Assembly: GCA_036479435.1 (NCBI GenBank)
Contig: JAZGFI010000206.1
Location: 14,297 to 78,296, forward strand
DNA length: 64,000 bases
DNA from: Planctomycetota bacterium
Lineage (GTDB): Bacteria > Planctomycetota > GCA-002687715 > DRQF01
Direction of reading: 5' to 3'
The notes under the pieces are model-generated. The model searched no databases and was not told the origin of the DNA. It saw only the letters and a list, made by a program, of their open reading frames with translations. Shown here piece after piece: positions 1-9,160 of the stretch (positions are counted from its first letter, which is position 1; each line of letters begins with the position of its first letter). The position numbers were made by a program, and so were the translations under genes.

Positions 1-241
1 CCTTGAGTTTGGTTCCACCAAAGTGAGCATTCGACCAGTCGCCAAGCCAAATGGAACCGTTTCGTTCTGCTACCGGCTATCACGTTCGCTCAAAGGTGCC
101 GTTCAGATCACGGTGGCAACAGCCAGGGAAGTTCGTCGCACGAGGTCATCGTGATCTGATTGGGTTGGCCGGGGACCAGCCAAGGATCGAGACCATGAAC
201 TTGATTTAGGAGGTGACGGCAAGGTGACCGGAATCGGGCAC

Positions 242-1540
242 TTAGGGGCAAGTGGCGCTTAGGCTCGCGCTCTTCCAGCTCTGAACGGTGTTCTTTGCCG
301 ACTTAACGGACTGCTCCAAGGCACCAAGCTCACGTCGGGCCTCATCTGATAACTTCTTCATGTTCTCAAGAAGCGTCGTGAACTGACCCCCTTCATCAAT
401 CTGCGCCGAGAGGCTCTTCCCGGTCACATAGCCCAGTTGCAAGCTCAGAAGGACCTTTGCAAGAGCAGCATTAAACCTCTCAAAGCGAACGAGGCTTGAC
501 CTTAGCGACTGAATGTTCTCGATGCATTTTGAAAGGATCAGGTCATGGTTCTGATCTAAGATCCCGGCCAAGTCCTCAAACCGAGCCCCATAGGCAGCGA
601 CCTGCTGTTCGCCATTCATATCAGAGTCGTTGGTGGATCGGCGGTAGTAGCACTTCATCTCTTCAATCAAGACGCAGAAAGCGATAAGAAATGATGTGCC
701 GTTCAAGATGCCAGAAAGCAGTTCGACCTCGCTGTTTAGCTTCTCGGCCTCTGCCTGTATCTTTAAGGAGACGAGTGAGACCTCTTCGCTAATCACCCCC
801 AAAGCTCGACCTTCTTCGGACAAGCGAGCCGCGGCAACACTTGAGTTCAGTGCGACCTTGGTGATTTCAAATCCGAGTTGATCGAAGTACTTTCGCTTCG
901 TCAAAAGAAGGGCGCGTAACTCAATTAACCCATCGAGGTCAGCAAACAGCTCTTTAGCAAGACTGGGCTCGCCGCCGGGCTTAGGATCCGCCTTGAGTGC
1001 CTCCTCTCGAGCTTTGATCTCACTACGAAGGGCCACGGCCATGAAGTCGTCGTAAGATTCAAAGCCCAACTCCGACAAGCGTTCTCCAAGAACAGCTCCG
1101 GCTGCTTCCATTCCCTTGCGACCTTCGTTTCCCGGCTGCCTCTCTAGCTGCGAAAGCTCCTGATAAAGATCTTTGACCGTGTCCATGATCGGGCTCGTCG
1201 GCTTCAATCGAATGGAAAGGAAGCCATCCTCAATTGGCATCACCAAGGCGAAGACCCAATAGTGTTCCCCGGTCTTCGCCATGTTCTTCACATAGGCACC
1301 AATGGGTCGGCCGGAAAGGAGGTATTCCCACAACAAAGAGAAGACGGCCCGGGGCATGTCAGGATGCCGAATGATGCTGTGCGGCTGTTTCAACAACTCT
1401 TCGGATGTGAAGGCCGCGATATCGACGAAAACGTCATTGCAGCCGGTGATGATCCCCTTGAGATCCGTAGTCGAGAAAAACAGCTGGGCGACATCAAAAG
1501 AGCGTGGCTCGTCGATCGGTTTTGTGGCGTTCTCGTCCAT
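242..1540 (-). CDS. Soluble PAS-domain (Aer-like) chemoreceptor
   Basis: N-terminal Aer-type PAS motif (FFSTTDLKGIITGCN...PHSIIRHPDMPRAVF...YVKNMAKTGEHYWV); degenerate MCP signalling motif ALNSSVAAARLSEEGRALGVISEEV; no hydrophobic TM segment. Confidence 0.8.
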   Translation of the reverse strand: MDENATKPIDEPRSFDVAQLFFSTTDLKGIITGCNDVFVDIAAFTSEELLKQPHSIIRHPDMPRAVFSLLWEYLLSGRPIGAYVKNMAKTGEHYWVFALVMPIEDGFLSIRLKPTSPIMDTVKDLYQELSQLERQPGNEGRKGMEAAGAVLGERLSELGFESYDDFMAVALRSEIKAREEALKADPKPGGEPSLAKELFADLDGLIELRALLLTKRKYFDQLGFEITKVALNSSVAAARLSEEGRALGVISEEVSLVSLKIQAEAEKLNSEVELLSGILNGTSFLIAFCVLIEEMKCYYRRSTNDSDMNGEQQVAAYGARFEDLAGILDQNHDLILSKCIENIQSLRSSLVRFERFNAALAKVLLSLQLGYVTGKSLSAQIDEGGQFTTLLENMKKLSDEARRELGALEQSVKSAKNTVQSWKSASLSATCP

Positions 1541-1962
1541 TCAAGAGCCTCGCTTGCTCGCCACCCAAAAAGAAATATAGGGTCACCCTGTCCCAAGATC
1601 GACTCGTCGCTTGTTTTTCTTTAGAAGAAGCACCGACAAGCATTTAGCAAAGATGGCCGCCCGTCTTTTCGAGCGTTGAACGACAGAGGCCGAGCGCTCG
1701 AAGCACGCTTGGCGCGGTTTTGGACCGCTCATTGGGACCCCGACCCCGCTGACTTTTCAGTTTGTGGCCCCGCCGATCATGTCCGGTACGACGGTGAGGT
1801 TTCAGGGATTGGCTTTGTCGAGTTCGGCAAGCAAGGGTTTTTTTGCCACGACGGCGGCGCACGACTTGTTGATTCTTTAGCCGGCATCGCGAGAAGTGGT
1901 GGTTGCGTACCTGGTACTGAAAAGTGACGGCGTGGTGCCTGGCACCGCGTAGGCACGAAAGT

Positions 1963-1986
1963 GGGCCCGAACGTTTGTTCGGGCCC
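1963..1986. terminator. Perfect 10-bp hairpin, probable intrinsic terminator
   Basis: GGGCCCGAAC-GTTT-GTTCGGGCCC with short T-containing tails on both strands. Confidence 0.55.
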
Positions 1987-2039
1987 TTGTACTTTCAACG
2001 GTCACACACAAGAACGTGCTACCCCGTCGGTGGCACGGT

Positions 2040-2072
2040 CTACTTGTGTAGACCTCCTGTACAATCACGCAT
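2040..2072 (-). other. Candidate micro-ORF MRDCTGGLHK or small RNA with strong Shine-Dalgarno
   Basis: Minus strand reads AAAGGAGGTGcaactt-ATG CGT GAT TGT ACA GGA GGT CTA CAC AAG TAG, followed by hairpins at 2016-2036 and 1963-1986. Confidence 0.35.
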
Positions 2073-2278
2073 AAGTTGCACCTCCTTTCAGATTGGACTT
2101 TTCCAGCCGTCGCAGCCGTGACAACCGCCGCCGGAATATCCTCCCCCTCGGCGGCCCGAGAGGCACATCGCGTCGTCGCTTCCCTCGTTCCGCTTGGGAT
2201 ACAGGGTCGCTCGGTTCACGCTGAGAGCATGATGCCGGATTGCTAAGACGCAATGCAAGCTTCTTGTTGAGGCTGGGG

Positions 2279-3466
2279 TCAGGAATCTGCGGCGGCTTGG
2301 TCTTGACTTTTGATGACTTGGCGCATCACCAGCACGAGAGCTGCAAACACAAAGCCCAGCAGCAACATTGTTGGGTGCTGTCCCCATCGCAAGGCCAACC
2401 AACCCGTTAAGGGCCCCACCACCAAAAAGGTCAGTCGAAAAACGAGACTGCGCAGCGAGAGAAAACCCGCGCGATCCGAAGAGGGAACGAAGCGTTGCTC
2501 GCGGTGGGAGACAATGGGACCGTTGATGCCGCGCATCAAAGTCAGCACAAAGTAGAAGGCGCAGCCATAAATCGCATAGCTGAACCCAAGCCCGCCAAAA
2601 CCGACCAACAACATGACGGCGCAAAGAGCGAGGATGCGAGCAAAACCGAATCGGGTTTCGAGATAGTTCGAGGCCAGTGCGCCCAAAGCCACACAGAAGT
2701 TGGCGATGGCCCAGATGACACCAAGCCAGACATCGGGAACACCGGCATCTACGGCGTAGAGCTGGATCATCCAGACCGGCAGAAAAGTCGACATGCCGAG
2801 GATGATCGCAAGGAGAAAGACGGCGCGAAGGCGTGGCGCCTCGATGAAAGCGTGACGCACGATGGCTTTTATTTGTGACCAAGATTCTGAGCCCGGGGGT
2901 CGATGTCGCGCGGGCTCGACCATGCGATAGGCGATGCCGAAGTTGACGACCCACAGCAAGACCTCGAGCCAAAAGACACTCGGCGGCCACCAGAAAAAAA
3001 GCGCCCCCGCCGCGAGGGCGGCGACGCCCTCGGCGACTTGGCCACTGGACTGAAAGCGGCCCATCCACACCGTGTAGCGGGCCTCTTGGCCGCTTTCGAG
3101 CAAAGACTCGTAGAGCAAGGCAGAGTCGCAACCGGAAATCAAAGACGTACCGACGCCCAGCAAGGCCTCGGCGATGGCAATCTCGGTGAAGGTCGAGGAG
3201 TTGGCGTAAAGCGCCCAGCCGACGACATGGAGCAAAGAAGCCGCCATGAGGGAAAAGCGGTAGCCCAAGCGGTCCGCCAAGAAGCCCGAGGGGAACTCAA
3301 AACAGACCATCGCCAGACCAAAAGCCCCTTGCAGGACCATGATCTCTAAGAGGCTCATCCCGATCTGTCGCTCGTAGAAGACGGTCAAGACCGCCATCGG
3401 AAACAGCGACATCATCAATGCGCGGTAGACGCAAAGCAGGGCCGGGTTTTGCGCCAGGCCTCTCAA
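2279..3466 (-). CDS. MFS transporter
   Basis: About 12 hydrophobic helices; motif A-like EFPSGFLADRLGYR; SGCDSALLYE. Confidence 0.9.
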   Translation of the reverse strand: MRGLAQNPALLCVYRALMMSLFPMAVLTVFYERQIGMSLLEIMVLQGAFGLAMVCFEFPSGFLADRLGYRFSLMAASLLHVVGWALYANSSTFTEIAIAEALLGVGTSLISGCDSALLYESLLESGQEARYTVWMGRFQSSGQVAEGVAALAAGALFFWWPPSVFWLEVLLWVVNFGIAYRMVEPARHRPPGSESWSQIKAIVRHAFIEAPRLRAVFLLAIILGMSTFLPVWMIQLYAVDAGVPDVWLGVIWAIANFCVALGALASNYLETRFGFARILALCAVMLLVGFGGLGFSYAIYGCAFYFVLTLMRGINGPIVSHREQRFVPSSDRAGFLSLRSLVFRLTFLVVGPLTGWLALRWGQHPTMLLLGFVFAALVLVMRQVIKSQDQAAADS

Positions 3467-3574
3467 GGGTCGGACTACTCCACTATTCGTGTGCTGACAC
3501 AGTACGGCTCGCCCCCGTCACTCACCAGCTAATGCTCAGCAGTTCTGTTGAGCAAAAAGGGTCAGCGTGGCGGC

Positions 3575-3607
3575 AAAAAAGAACCCCTGCCTCCGAAGAG
3601 GCAGGGG
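3575..3607 (-). terminator. Rho-independent terminator of 3636..6119
   Basis: Minus strand CCCCTGCCTC-TTCG-GAGGCAGGGG then TTCTTTTTT. Confidence 0.9.
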
Positions 3608-3635
3608 CCGAAGAGTCATCAGAGCAAACGCCGTT

Positions 3636-6119
3636 TTAGAGGCCCGGCAGAGTCCGATAGATCACTGCGTTAGTAACCGACAGAGTCAGCGGATCACTCA
3701 CGTCACGAATCAAACCTTGAATCGTGAACTCGAAGGGACCGGCAATACCCGCCGGGAAGTTGAAGAACCAAGGTGCGCCGGTTGCGGGCAACAGCGGCGT
3801 ACACGAGGCGGAGTTGATCAAGTTGTCCGCCAGGATAAAGAGCCTCGGGTCCTGGGGATTCGCCAGGCAGGGGAACACTGCGAATTGACCCAAGGGGGCC
3901 GCGTCGAAGAGATCGCTAGCCAGGGGAACACCACCGGTTCCGGTAATGCTCCAGTCGGTGAAGGCCGTGTTGGCCGGAGGCGTCATCATGGTGAACGAAA
4001 GCGGAGCGCCGAAGGCCGAGTTAACGCGACGCAGAGGACCACCACTGGAACCGTTGATCAGCAGCACGTCGACAATACTGCCGGCGTTTTCGTTGACGTT
4101 ACCGCGGGCTGCGAATTCGTCCATCAAAGGACACTCGAGCAGACGGAAGTTGTCGAGTCCAGCTTCGACCACGGAACCATCGCCCGTGTCTTCGGCCGTA
4201 AAGCGCAAGCGCACATTCGCGGTCAGTGCAACGAAATTCGAAACCGCGATGCGGCGCGAATTCCAGACGTTCGTCGACGTTGTGGTCGACTCGACGAGGG
4301 TCCATGAGAGTCCGTTGTCGTCACTGATCTCGATGACAAAAGTGTCGTCTTGGATGCCGAAATCGTTGTCGTACCAATAGTCATAGGCGAACTGAGGATC
4401 GTCATGGGTGCGCAAATCAAACGCCGGCGACGACAGGTGCGTCGCACCGCCATCAACGTCGGAGTTGCCGTCGACGTTGTCGGTCAGCCAACAAGAACCA
4501 CTGCCATCCGAGTCCGACGCCGGATCGCCGCGGTCGCCACCGCCCGCAGGAACACCGCGGTCCCAAGCGCCGTCGCTGAGGCCACCGCTGTTCGTGACAC
4601 TCCAACCGTCAGCCGACTCAAAGTCGCTGGCCACCAAAGCCACGACACCTGCCATCGCCTGATGAGTGGTACCCGGGGCCCCGCTGGGCCCGGTCACGGT
4701 GCTAAGGCCACTGATCGAAGTGATAGAGACGTACCAGTTAACCGCGCTGAAACAGGCGAGTGCCGGCAGGGTAGCGCGGAAGTTGTTGCCACCGAGGCTC
4801 GTCAGCGGAGTCTGCACAAAGGCAGCCCCGTCGACGGACGCGAACAAAAACGCCGCCGCGGGGTCAGGAGACCCCGAGATGGGGGAAACACTGAGATCAA
4901 CATCAGTCGTGGTGTTCAATGCGACTTCGCTGGGCACACCATTCGGGAACGAGATGGAAAACTCCGGTACCGCGACATTGACGGTAACGCTGCTCGGAAC
5001 GCCCGCGCCAGGACGGAACAAGCCGAGGGTGATGTCACCCGGGGGAAGGTCCGAACGGAAGCGAAAGTTGAAGAGGTTGGCCCAACGAATGGCGTTGGCA
5101 TCGCTGTTTTGAGCCTGGGTCTGGGTCGCCCAGCTCACCGTGCTGCCAGAGTGGCTGCCGGACCAATCGGTGCCGGCTTGAGTTTCACCACTGTGATAAG
5201 CGACGTCGTGGAAGCCAATGTTGGTGATATTGGCGGCAGCGCCGACCTGAATATCTAGCGATTGCACCGAGGCGTGCGAGTTCATGTTGTAGATGGCGTA
5301 TTCGTACTCAGTGATACCACCACCGACGTCCGTTGACTTGTAGCCCACGATTACGCGACCGTCGTTGGGGATGTCAACGATCTCCAGGGTCACGCTAGGA
5401 TCGTTGGCTTCCCAAGCGAAGATAGCCGACTGCTCGCGGACGGTCGAACCCGAAAGGGAGCCAGAAAATCCGCTGCCCACGGAACCAGAGAAGTTGATCG
5501 CGCGGTGGGAAGCGTTGTTGTTCTTGTTCCCGGCAAGGGCGTCATCCGCCGTGACGTAGTGAGCCTCGACGAAAAAGAGCGCACCCGCCACGATGTCGGC
5601 TTCAGCGAACTGAAGGCGCTTGAAAATCGAGTTGCCGGTGCTGCCCGCAGGGTTGCTGAAGGGGTAGGGAAAGACGCCCGTGGAGGCGTTGACTTCGAAC
5701 TTCGGTCCGAGTCCTCCTTGGCTGCCATTGAGGCCCGAGCCGTAGGGGTCGGAACAGCCGGGGTTCAAAACCGAGCCACCACTGCCGGTGCAGTTGTCAC
5801 AGACATTGCCGCTGAGCGCCAAAAAGCCGTGCTTCAGCCAAGATTGTCCAATTTGCTCAAAGCGACCGTTGCTGAGTCGGTAGAGGTTTTGCCCGATGAC
5901 GGGGTGGGCCGGGGTGTTTGAAATCCAAGAGAGGTCCGTCGTGCCGATGTTGCACGAGGTGGTCCCGATGGAGATGGCGTCGATGCCACCGATACTGGAG
6001 TAATTGGAGATGCTCGGAATGCTCCCGACGATGACGTCGGGGTCGTTCTGAGCGGCAGCGGTGGAAACAAACACACAGCAGGCCAAAATGGCCATCCTGG
6101 TGAGGTGACGAAATATCAT
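3636..6119 (-). CDS. Large secreted multidomain protein, paralog A (827 aa)
   Basis: Signal peptide; conserved N-terminal domain (PDVIVG..GTTSCNIG..HPVIGQNLYRL..WLKHGF..PGCSDPY); MAM/CBM-like jelly-roll segment (SDFESADGW..DVDGGAT.L.SP.FDL..EAGLDNF); C-terminal QGLIRD..SVTNAV tail. Confidence 0.85.
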   Translation of the reverse strand: MIFRHLTRMAILACCVFVSTAAAQNDPDVIVGSIPSISNYSSIGGIDAISIGTTSCNIGTTDLSWISNTPAHPVIGQNLYRLSNGRFEQIGQSWLKHGFLALSGNVCDNCTGSGGSVLNPGCSDPYGSGLNGSQGGLGPKFEVNASTGVFPYPFSNPAGSTGNSIFKRLQFAEADIVAGALFFVEAHYVTADDALAGNKNNNASHRAINFSGSVGSGFSGSLSGSTVREQSAIFAWEANDPSVTLEIVDIPNDGRVIVGYKSTDVGGGITEYEYAIYNMNSHASVQSLDIQVGAAANITNIGFHDVAYHSGETQAGTDWSGSHSGSTVSWATQTQAQNSDANAIRWANLFNFRFRSDLPPGDITLGLFRPGAGVPSSVTVNVAVPEFSISFPNGVPSEVALNTTTDVDLSVSPISGSPDPAAAFLFASVDGAAFVQTPLTSLGGNNFRATLPALACFSAVNWYVSITSISGLSTVTGPSGAPGTTHQAMAGVVALVASDFESADGWSVTNSGGLSDGAWDRGVPAGGGDRGDPASDSDGSGSCWLTDNVDGNSDVDGGATHLSSPAFDLRTHDDPQFAYDYWYDNDFGIQDDTFVIEISDDNGLSWTLVESTTTSTNVWNSRRIAVSNFVALTANVRLRFTAEDTGDGSVVEAGLDNFRLLECPLMDEFAARGNVNENAGSIVDVLLINGSSGGPLRRVNSAFGAPLSFTMMTPPANTAFTDWSITGTGGVPLASDLFDAAPLGQFAVFPCLANPQDPRLFILADNLINSASCTPLLPATGAPWFFNFPAGIAGPFEFTIQGLIRDVSDPLTLSVTNAVIYRTLPGL

Positions 6120-6172
6120 TTAGCGGTTCCTCGACATGGGGCAAACTTACTGCGCTAGGGTTGGGGTCGCTC

Positions 6173-6211
6173 AGTTTACACGGAACGGGCCAGCAACCGA
6201 ATCGGGAAGAG
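6173..6211 (-). promoter_or_regulatory. Conserved upstream motif (putative promoter) of paralog A
   Basis: 30/39 nt identical to 8932-8970, at nearly the same distance (54 vs 55 nt) from the start codon; ends in -10-like TAAACT on the minus strand. Confidence 0.6.
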
Positions 6212-6323
6212 AATGCTCACCGTTTTTTGGGGGGGGTCCTCAGGGACCGAGCCAATCTCTAAAGTGAACCCAAGCACCTTGGACGGCAGCAGTTGCATAT
6301 TTGAAGCTGTCGGGGCCGATAGG

Positions 6324-6355
6324 AAAAACCCTAGCCCCGGATAGAGGCTAGGGTT
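6324..6355 (-). terminator. Terminator of 6382..8877
   Basis: AACCCTAGCC-9 nt-GGCTAGGGTT stem followed by Ts on the minus strand. Confidence 0.75.
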
Positions 6356-6381
6356 CATGAAATCATCAGAGCAAGCGCCGT

Positions 6382-8877
6382 CTAGAGGCCAGGCAAGGTC
6401 CGGTAGATGACAGCGTTGGTAACCGAGAGGGTCTGCGGATCGCTATCATCACGGATCAAGCCTTGCAGCGTGAACTGGATGGGCCCGGGAATTCCCTCCG
6501 GTAAGATGAAGAACCATGGTGCCCCAGTCGCAGGCAACAGTGGCGCACAGCTAACCGAGCCGAGCAAATTATCTGCCAACACAAACAACCTCGGGTCGGT
6601 GGGGTTCGCCAAGCAGGGGAAGACCGCGAGCTGACCCAAGGCCGACAAGTCGAATTGGTCGCTCGGCAGTGGAATCCCGCCCTGGCCGACGATGATCCAG
6701 TCGGTAAAGCCCGCGTTGGCCGGAGGCGGTAGCATCGTGATGGTGAACACCGCGCCAAAGCCCGAATCGACACGGCGCAGCGGCCCACCGGTTGAGCTAT
6801 TGACCAAGAGCACATCGACGACGCTGCCAGCATTCTCGTTGACGTTGCCGCGCGCGGCGGCCTCGTCCAAGAGGCGGCATTCGAGAAGGCGGAAGTTGTC
6901 GAGGCCCGCTTCGACCACCGACGCTGCACTCGATGCCTCATCTTCGGCCGTAAATCTCAGTCGAACGACCGAGCTCAGTGAGACGTAGTCCAAGACTGCG
7001 ATACGCCGCGCATTCCACACGTCGGTTGACGTCGTAGTGGCCTCAACCAGAGTCCAAGTAACGCCGTTGTTGTTGCTGATCTCGATGGTGAAGGTGTCAT
7101 CTTGAACGCCAAAGTCGTTGTCGTACCAAAAGTCGAAAGCGAACTGTGGATCATCGAGACCACGAAGGTCAAAGGCCGGCGACAAGAGTCGTGTCGCGCC
7201 ATTGTCGACGTCAGTGTTGCCGTCAAAGTGGTCGGTGACCCAACATGAACCGCTGCCGTCAGAGTCCAAGGCCGGATCACCGCGGTCACCGCCACCGAGG
7301 GGAAGGGCTCGATCCCAAGCGCCGTCGGTAAGACTGGCGTCGTTCACCACTGTCCACCCATCGGACGTTTCAAAGTCGCTGGCGGCCAAAGCCACAACTC
7401 CCGCAATGGTCTCGAAAGTCCCGGCGATCGGAGCGTCCGCAGGCCCGGTGATCGTCGAAAGACCACTCACCGAGTTGATGGTGACATACCAGTTGATCGT
7501 GCTGAAACAGGCAACCGCCGGCAAAGTGGCGCGGTAATTGTCATTGCCAAGGTCCGTGAGCGGCGTCTGCGCAAAAGCGCCGCCGTCAACGGAAGCGAAC
7601 AAGAACGCCGTCGCGGGATCAGGCGATCCAGTAATGGGAGACACCGCAATATCGATCTCGGTGGGGAAGTTCGCGGGAACTTCGCTGGGGACACCGTTCG
7701 TGAACGCGATCGAAAACTCCGGGACCGTGGCGACAATCGTGACACTGGTCGGGACGCCAGCTCCGGGTCGGAACAAGCCGAGGGTGATGTCGCCGGCGGG
7801 GAGGTCCGATTGGAAGCGGAAGTTGAAGAGGTTGGCCCAACGGATGGCGTTGGCATTGGTGTTCTGGGCCAAAGTCTCACTCGCCCAAGTCACCATGCCG
7901 CCGGCATGACTACCGACCCAATCGGTACCGATTTGGGTTTCGCCGCTGTGGTAAAAGACGTCATGGAAGTCAATGCTAGTCACGGTGGCGGAAGAACTAA
8001 CCTGGATCGCAACCGATTGGATCGAGGCATGTGAATTCATGTTGTAGACGGCGTACTCGTACTCGGAAATACCGCCACCAAGGCTCGTCGATTTGTAAGC
8101 GACGATGACCCGACCATCATTGGGAATGTCGATGATCTCGGTCGTAACGCTGGGGTCGTTAGTTTCCCAGGCGAAAATCGCCGACTGCTCGCGAACGGTC
8201 GCACCGGTTAGCGAACCATTGAAACCGCTGCCTACTGAGCCAGCAAAGGCGATCGGTCGGTAGGAGGCGTTGTTGTTCTGGTTGCTGGCAAAAGCATCAT
8301 CGGCCGTCACATAGTGGCCTTCAACAAAATACAGCGCACCCGCGACGATGTCGATTTCGGCGAACTGAAGTCGTTTGAAAATCGAGTTGCCTGTGCTGCC
8401 CGCAGGATTGCTGAAGGGATAGTTGAAGACACCCGTGGTCGCGTTGACTTCGAACTTCGGGCCTAGTCCACCTTGACTGCCATTCAATCCGGAGCCATAG
8501 GGGTCAGAGCACCCGGGATTCAAAACTGAACCCCCACTGCCGGTGCAGGTATCGCAAAGGTTTCCGCTAAGAGCCAAGAAACCGTGCTTCAGCCAGGACT
8601 GACCGATTTGCTCAAAGCGACCGTTGTCGAGCCGGTAGAGATTTTGGCCGATGACCGGGTGGGCTGGCGTATTTGAAATCCAGGACAAGTCCGTCGTGCC
8701 AATGTTGCACGAGGTAGTGCCGACTGAAATCGCGTCGATGCCTCCGACGCTTGCATAGTTCGAAATGTTGGGCAGGTCCCCAACGATGACGTCGGGATTG
8801 ACTTGAGCCGAGGCGGCGGAAACAAACACGCAGCAGACCACTATCATGGCCAAGCCAACGAGGCGACTGAATTTCAT
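6382..8877 (-). CDS. Large secreted multidomain protein, paralog B (831 aa)
   Basis: Colinear and highly similar to 3636..6119 over its full length; signal peptide; identical C-terminus SVTNAVIYRTLPGL. Confidence 0.85.
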   Translation of the reverse strand: MKFSRLVGLAMIVVCCVFVSAASAQVNPDVIVGDLPNISNYASVGGIDAISVGTTSCNIGTTDLSWISNTPAHPVIGQNLYRLDNGRFEQIGQSWLKHGFLALSGNLCDTCTGSGGSVLNPGCSDPYGSGLNGSQGGLGPKFEVNATTGVFNYPFSNPAGSTGNSIFKRLQFAEIDIVAGALYFVEGHYVTADDAFASNQNNNASYRPIAFAGSVGSGFNGSLTGATVREQSAIFAWETNDPSVTTEIIDIPNDGRVIVAYKSTSLGGGISEYEYAVYNMNSHASIQSVAIQVSSSATVTSIDFHDVFYHSGETQIGTDWVGSHAGGMVTWASETLAQNTNANAIRWANLFNFRFQSDLPAGDITLGLFRPGAGVPTSVTIVATVPEFSIAFTNGVPSEVPANFPTEIDIAVSPITGSPDPATAFLFASVDGGAFAQTPLTDLGNDNYRATLPAVACFSTINWYVTINSVSGLSTITGPADAPIAGTFETIAGVVALAASDFETSDGWTVVNDASLTDGAWDRALPLGGGDRGDPALDSDGSGSCWVTDHFDGNTDVDNGATRLLSPAFDLRGLDDPQFAFDFWYDNDFGVQDDTFTIEISNNNGVTWTLVEATTTSTDVWNARRIAVLDYVSLSSVVRLRFTAEDEASSAASVVEAGLDNFRLLECRLLDEAAARGNVNENAGSVVDVLLVNSSTGGPLRRVDSGFGAVFTITMLPPPANAGFTDWIIVGQGGIPLPSDQFDLSALGQLAVFPCLANPTDPRLFVLADNLLGSVSCAPLLPATGAPWFFILPEGIPGPIQFTLQGLIRDDSDPQTLSVTNAVIYRTLPGL

Positions 8878-8931
8878 TTTTGGGTTCCTCTAATACAGAC
8901 CGAACGGGCGGCACCTATCTTCAGACTGAAG

Positions 8932-8970
8932 AGCCTACACCGAACCGGCTGGCAACTGAATCGAGAAGAT
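8932..8970 (-). promoter_or_regulatory. Conserved upstream motif (putative promoter) of paralog B
   Basis: Matches 6173-6211; -10-like TAGGCT on the minus strand. Confidence 0.6.
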
Positions 8971-9160
8971 GGCGAGGAAGCCGCCCAAAGGGCCTTTTGA
9001 GGAGGTCACGCGGGCCATGAAACGAGCGCCTGCGCTCAAATCTGCGGCAAATGCGAACACTCGGCAGCGATAGCGATCATTCACCGGCAATACCGGCACT
9101 CTCCGCAGGACCTGCAGATCCGCGCCCCGGCAGAATTTATTTCAATTTCCAGAAAATCAG

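Noticed and set aside
1..154. Possible 3' end of a + strand gene (frame 2, LEFGSTKV...RSS*)
   Set aside because: Short, truncated by the window edge, no recognisable motif
2079..2089. CACCTCCTTTC resembles the 16S rRNA 3' end
   Set aside because: No flanking rRNA sequence; better read as a Shine-Dalgarno on the minus strand
2088..3131. 347-aa alternative-frame ORF and similar long shadow ORFs (9230..10231, 13351..14172, 38227..39138, 61601..62449)
   Set aside because: They overlap well-supported genes, have no motifs and are typical artefacts of high-GC codon bias
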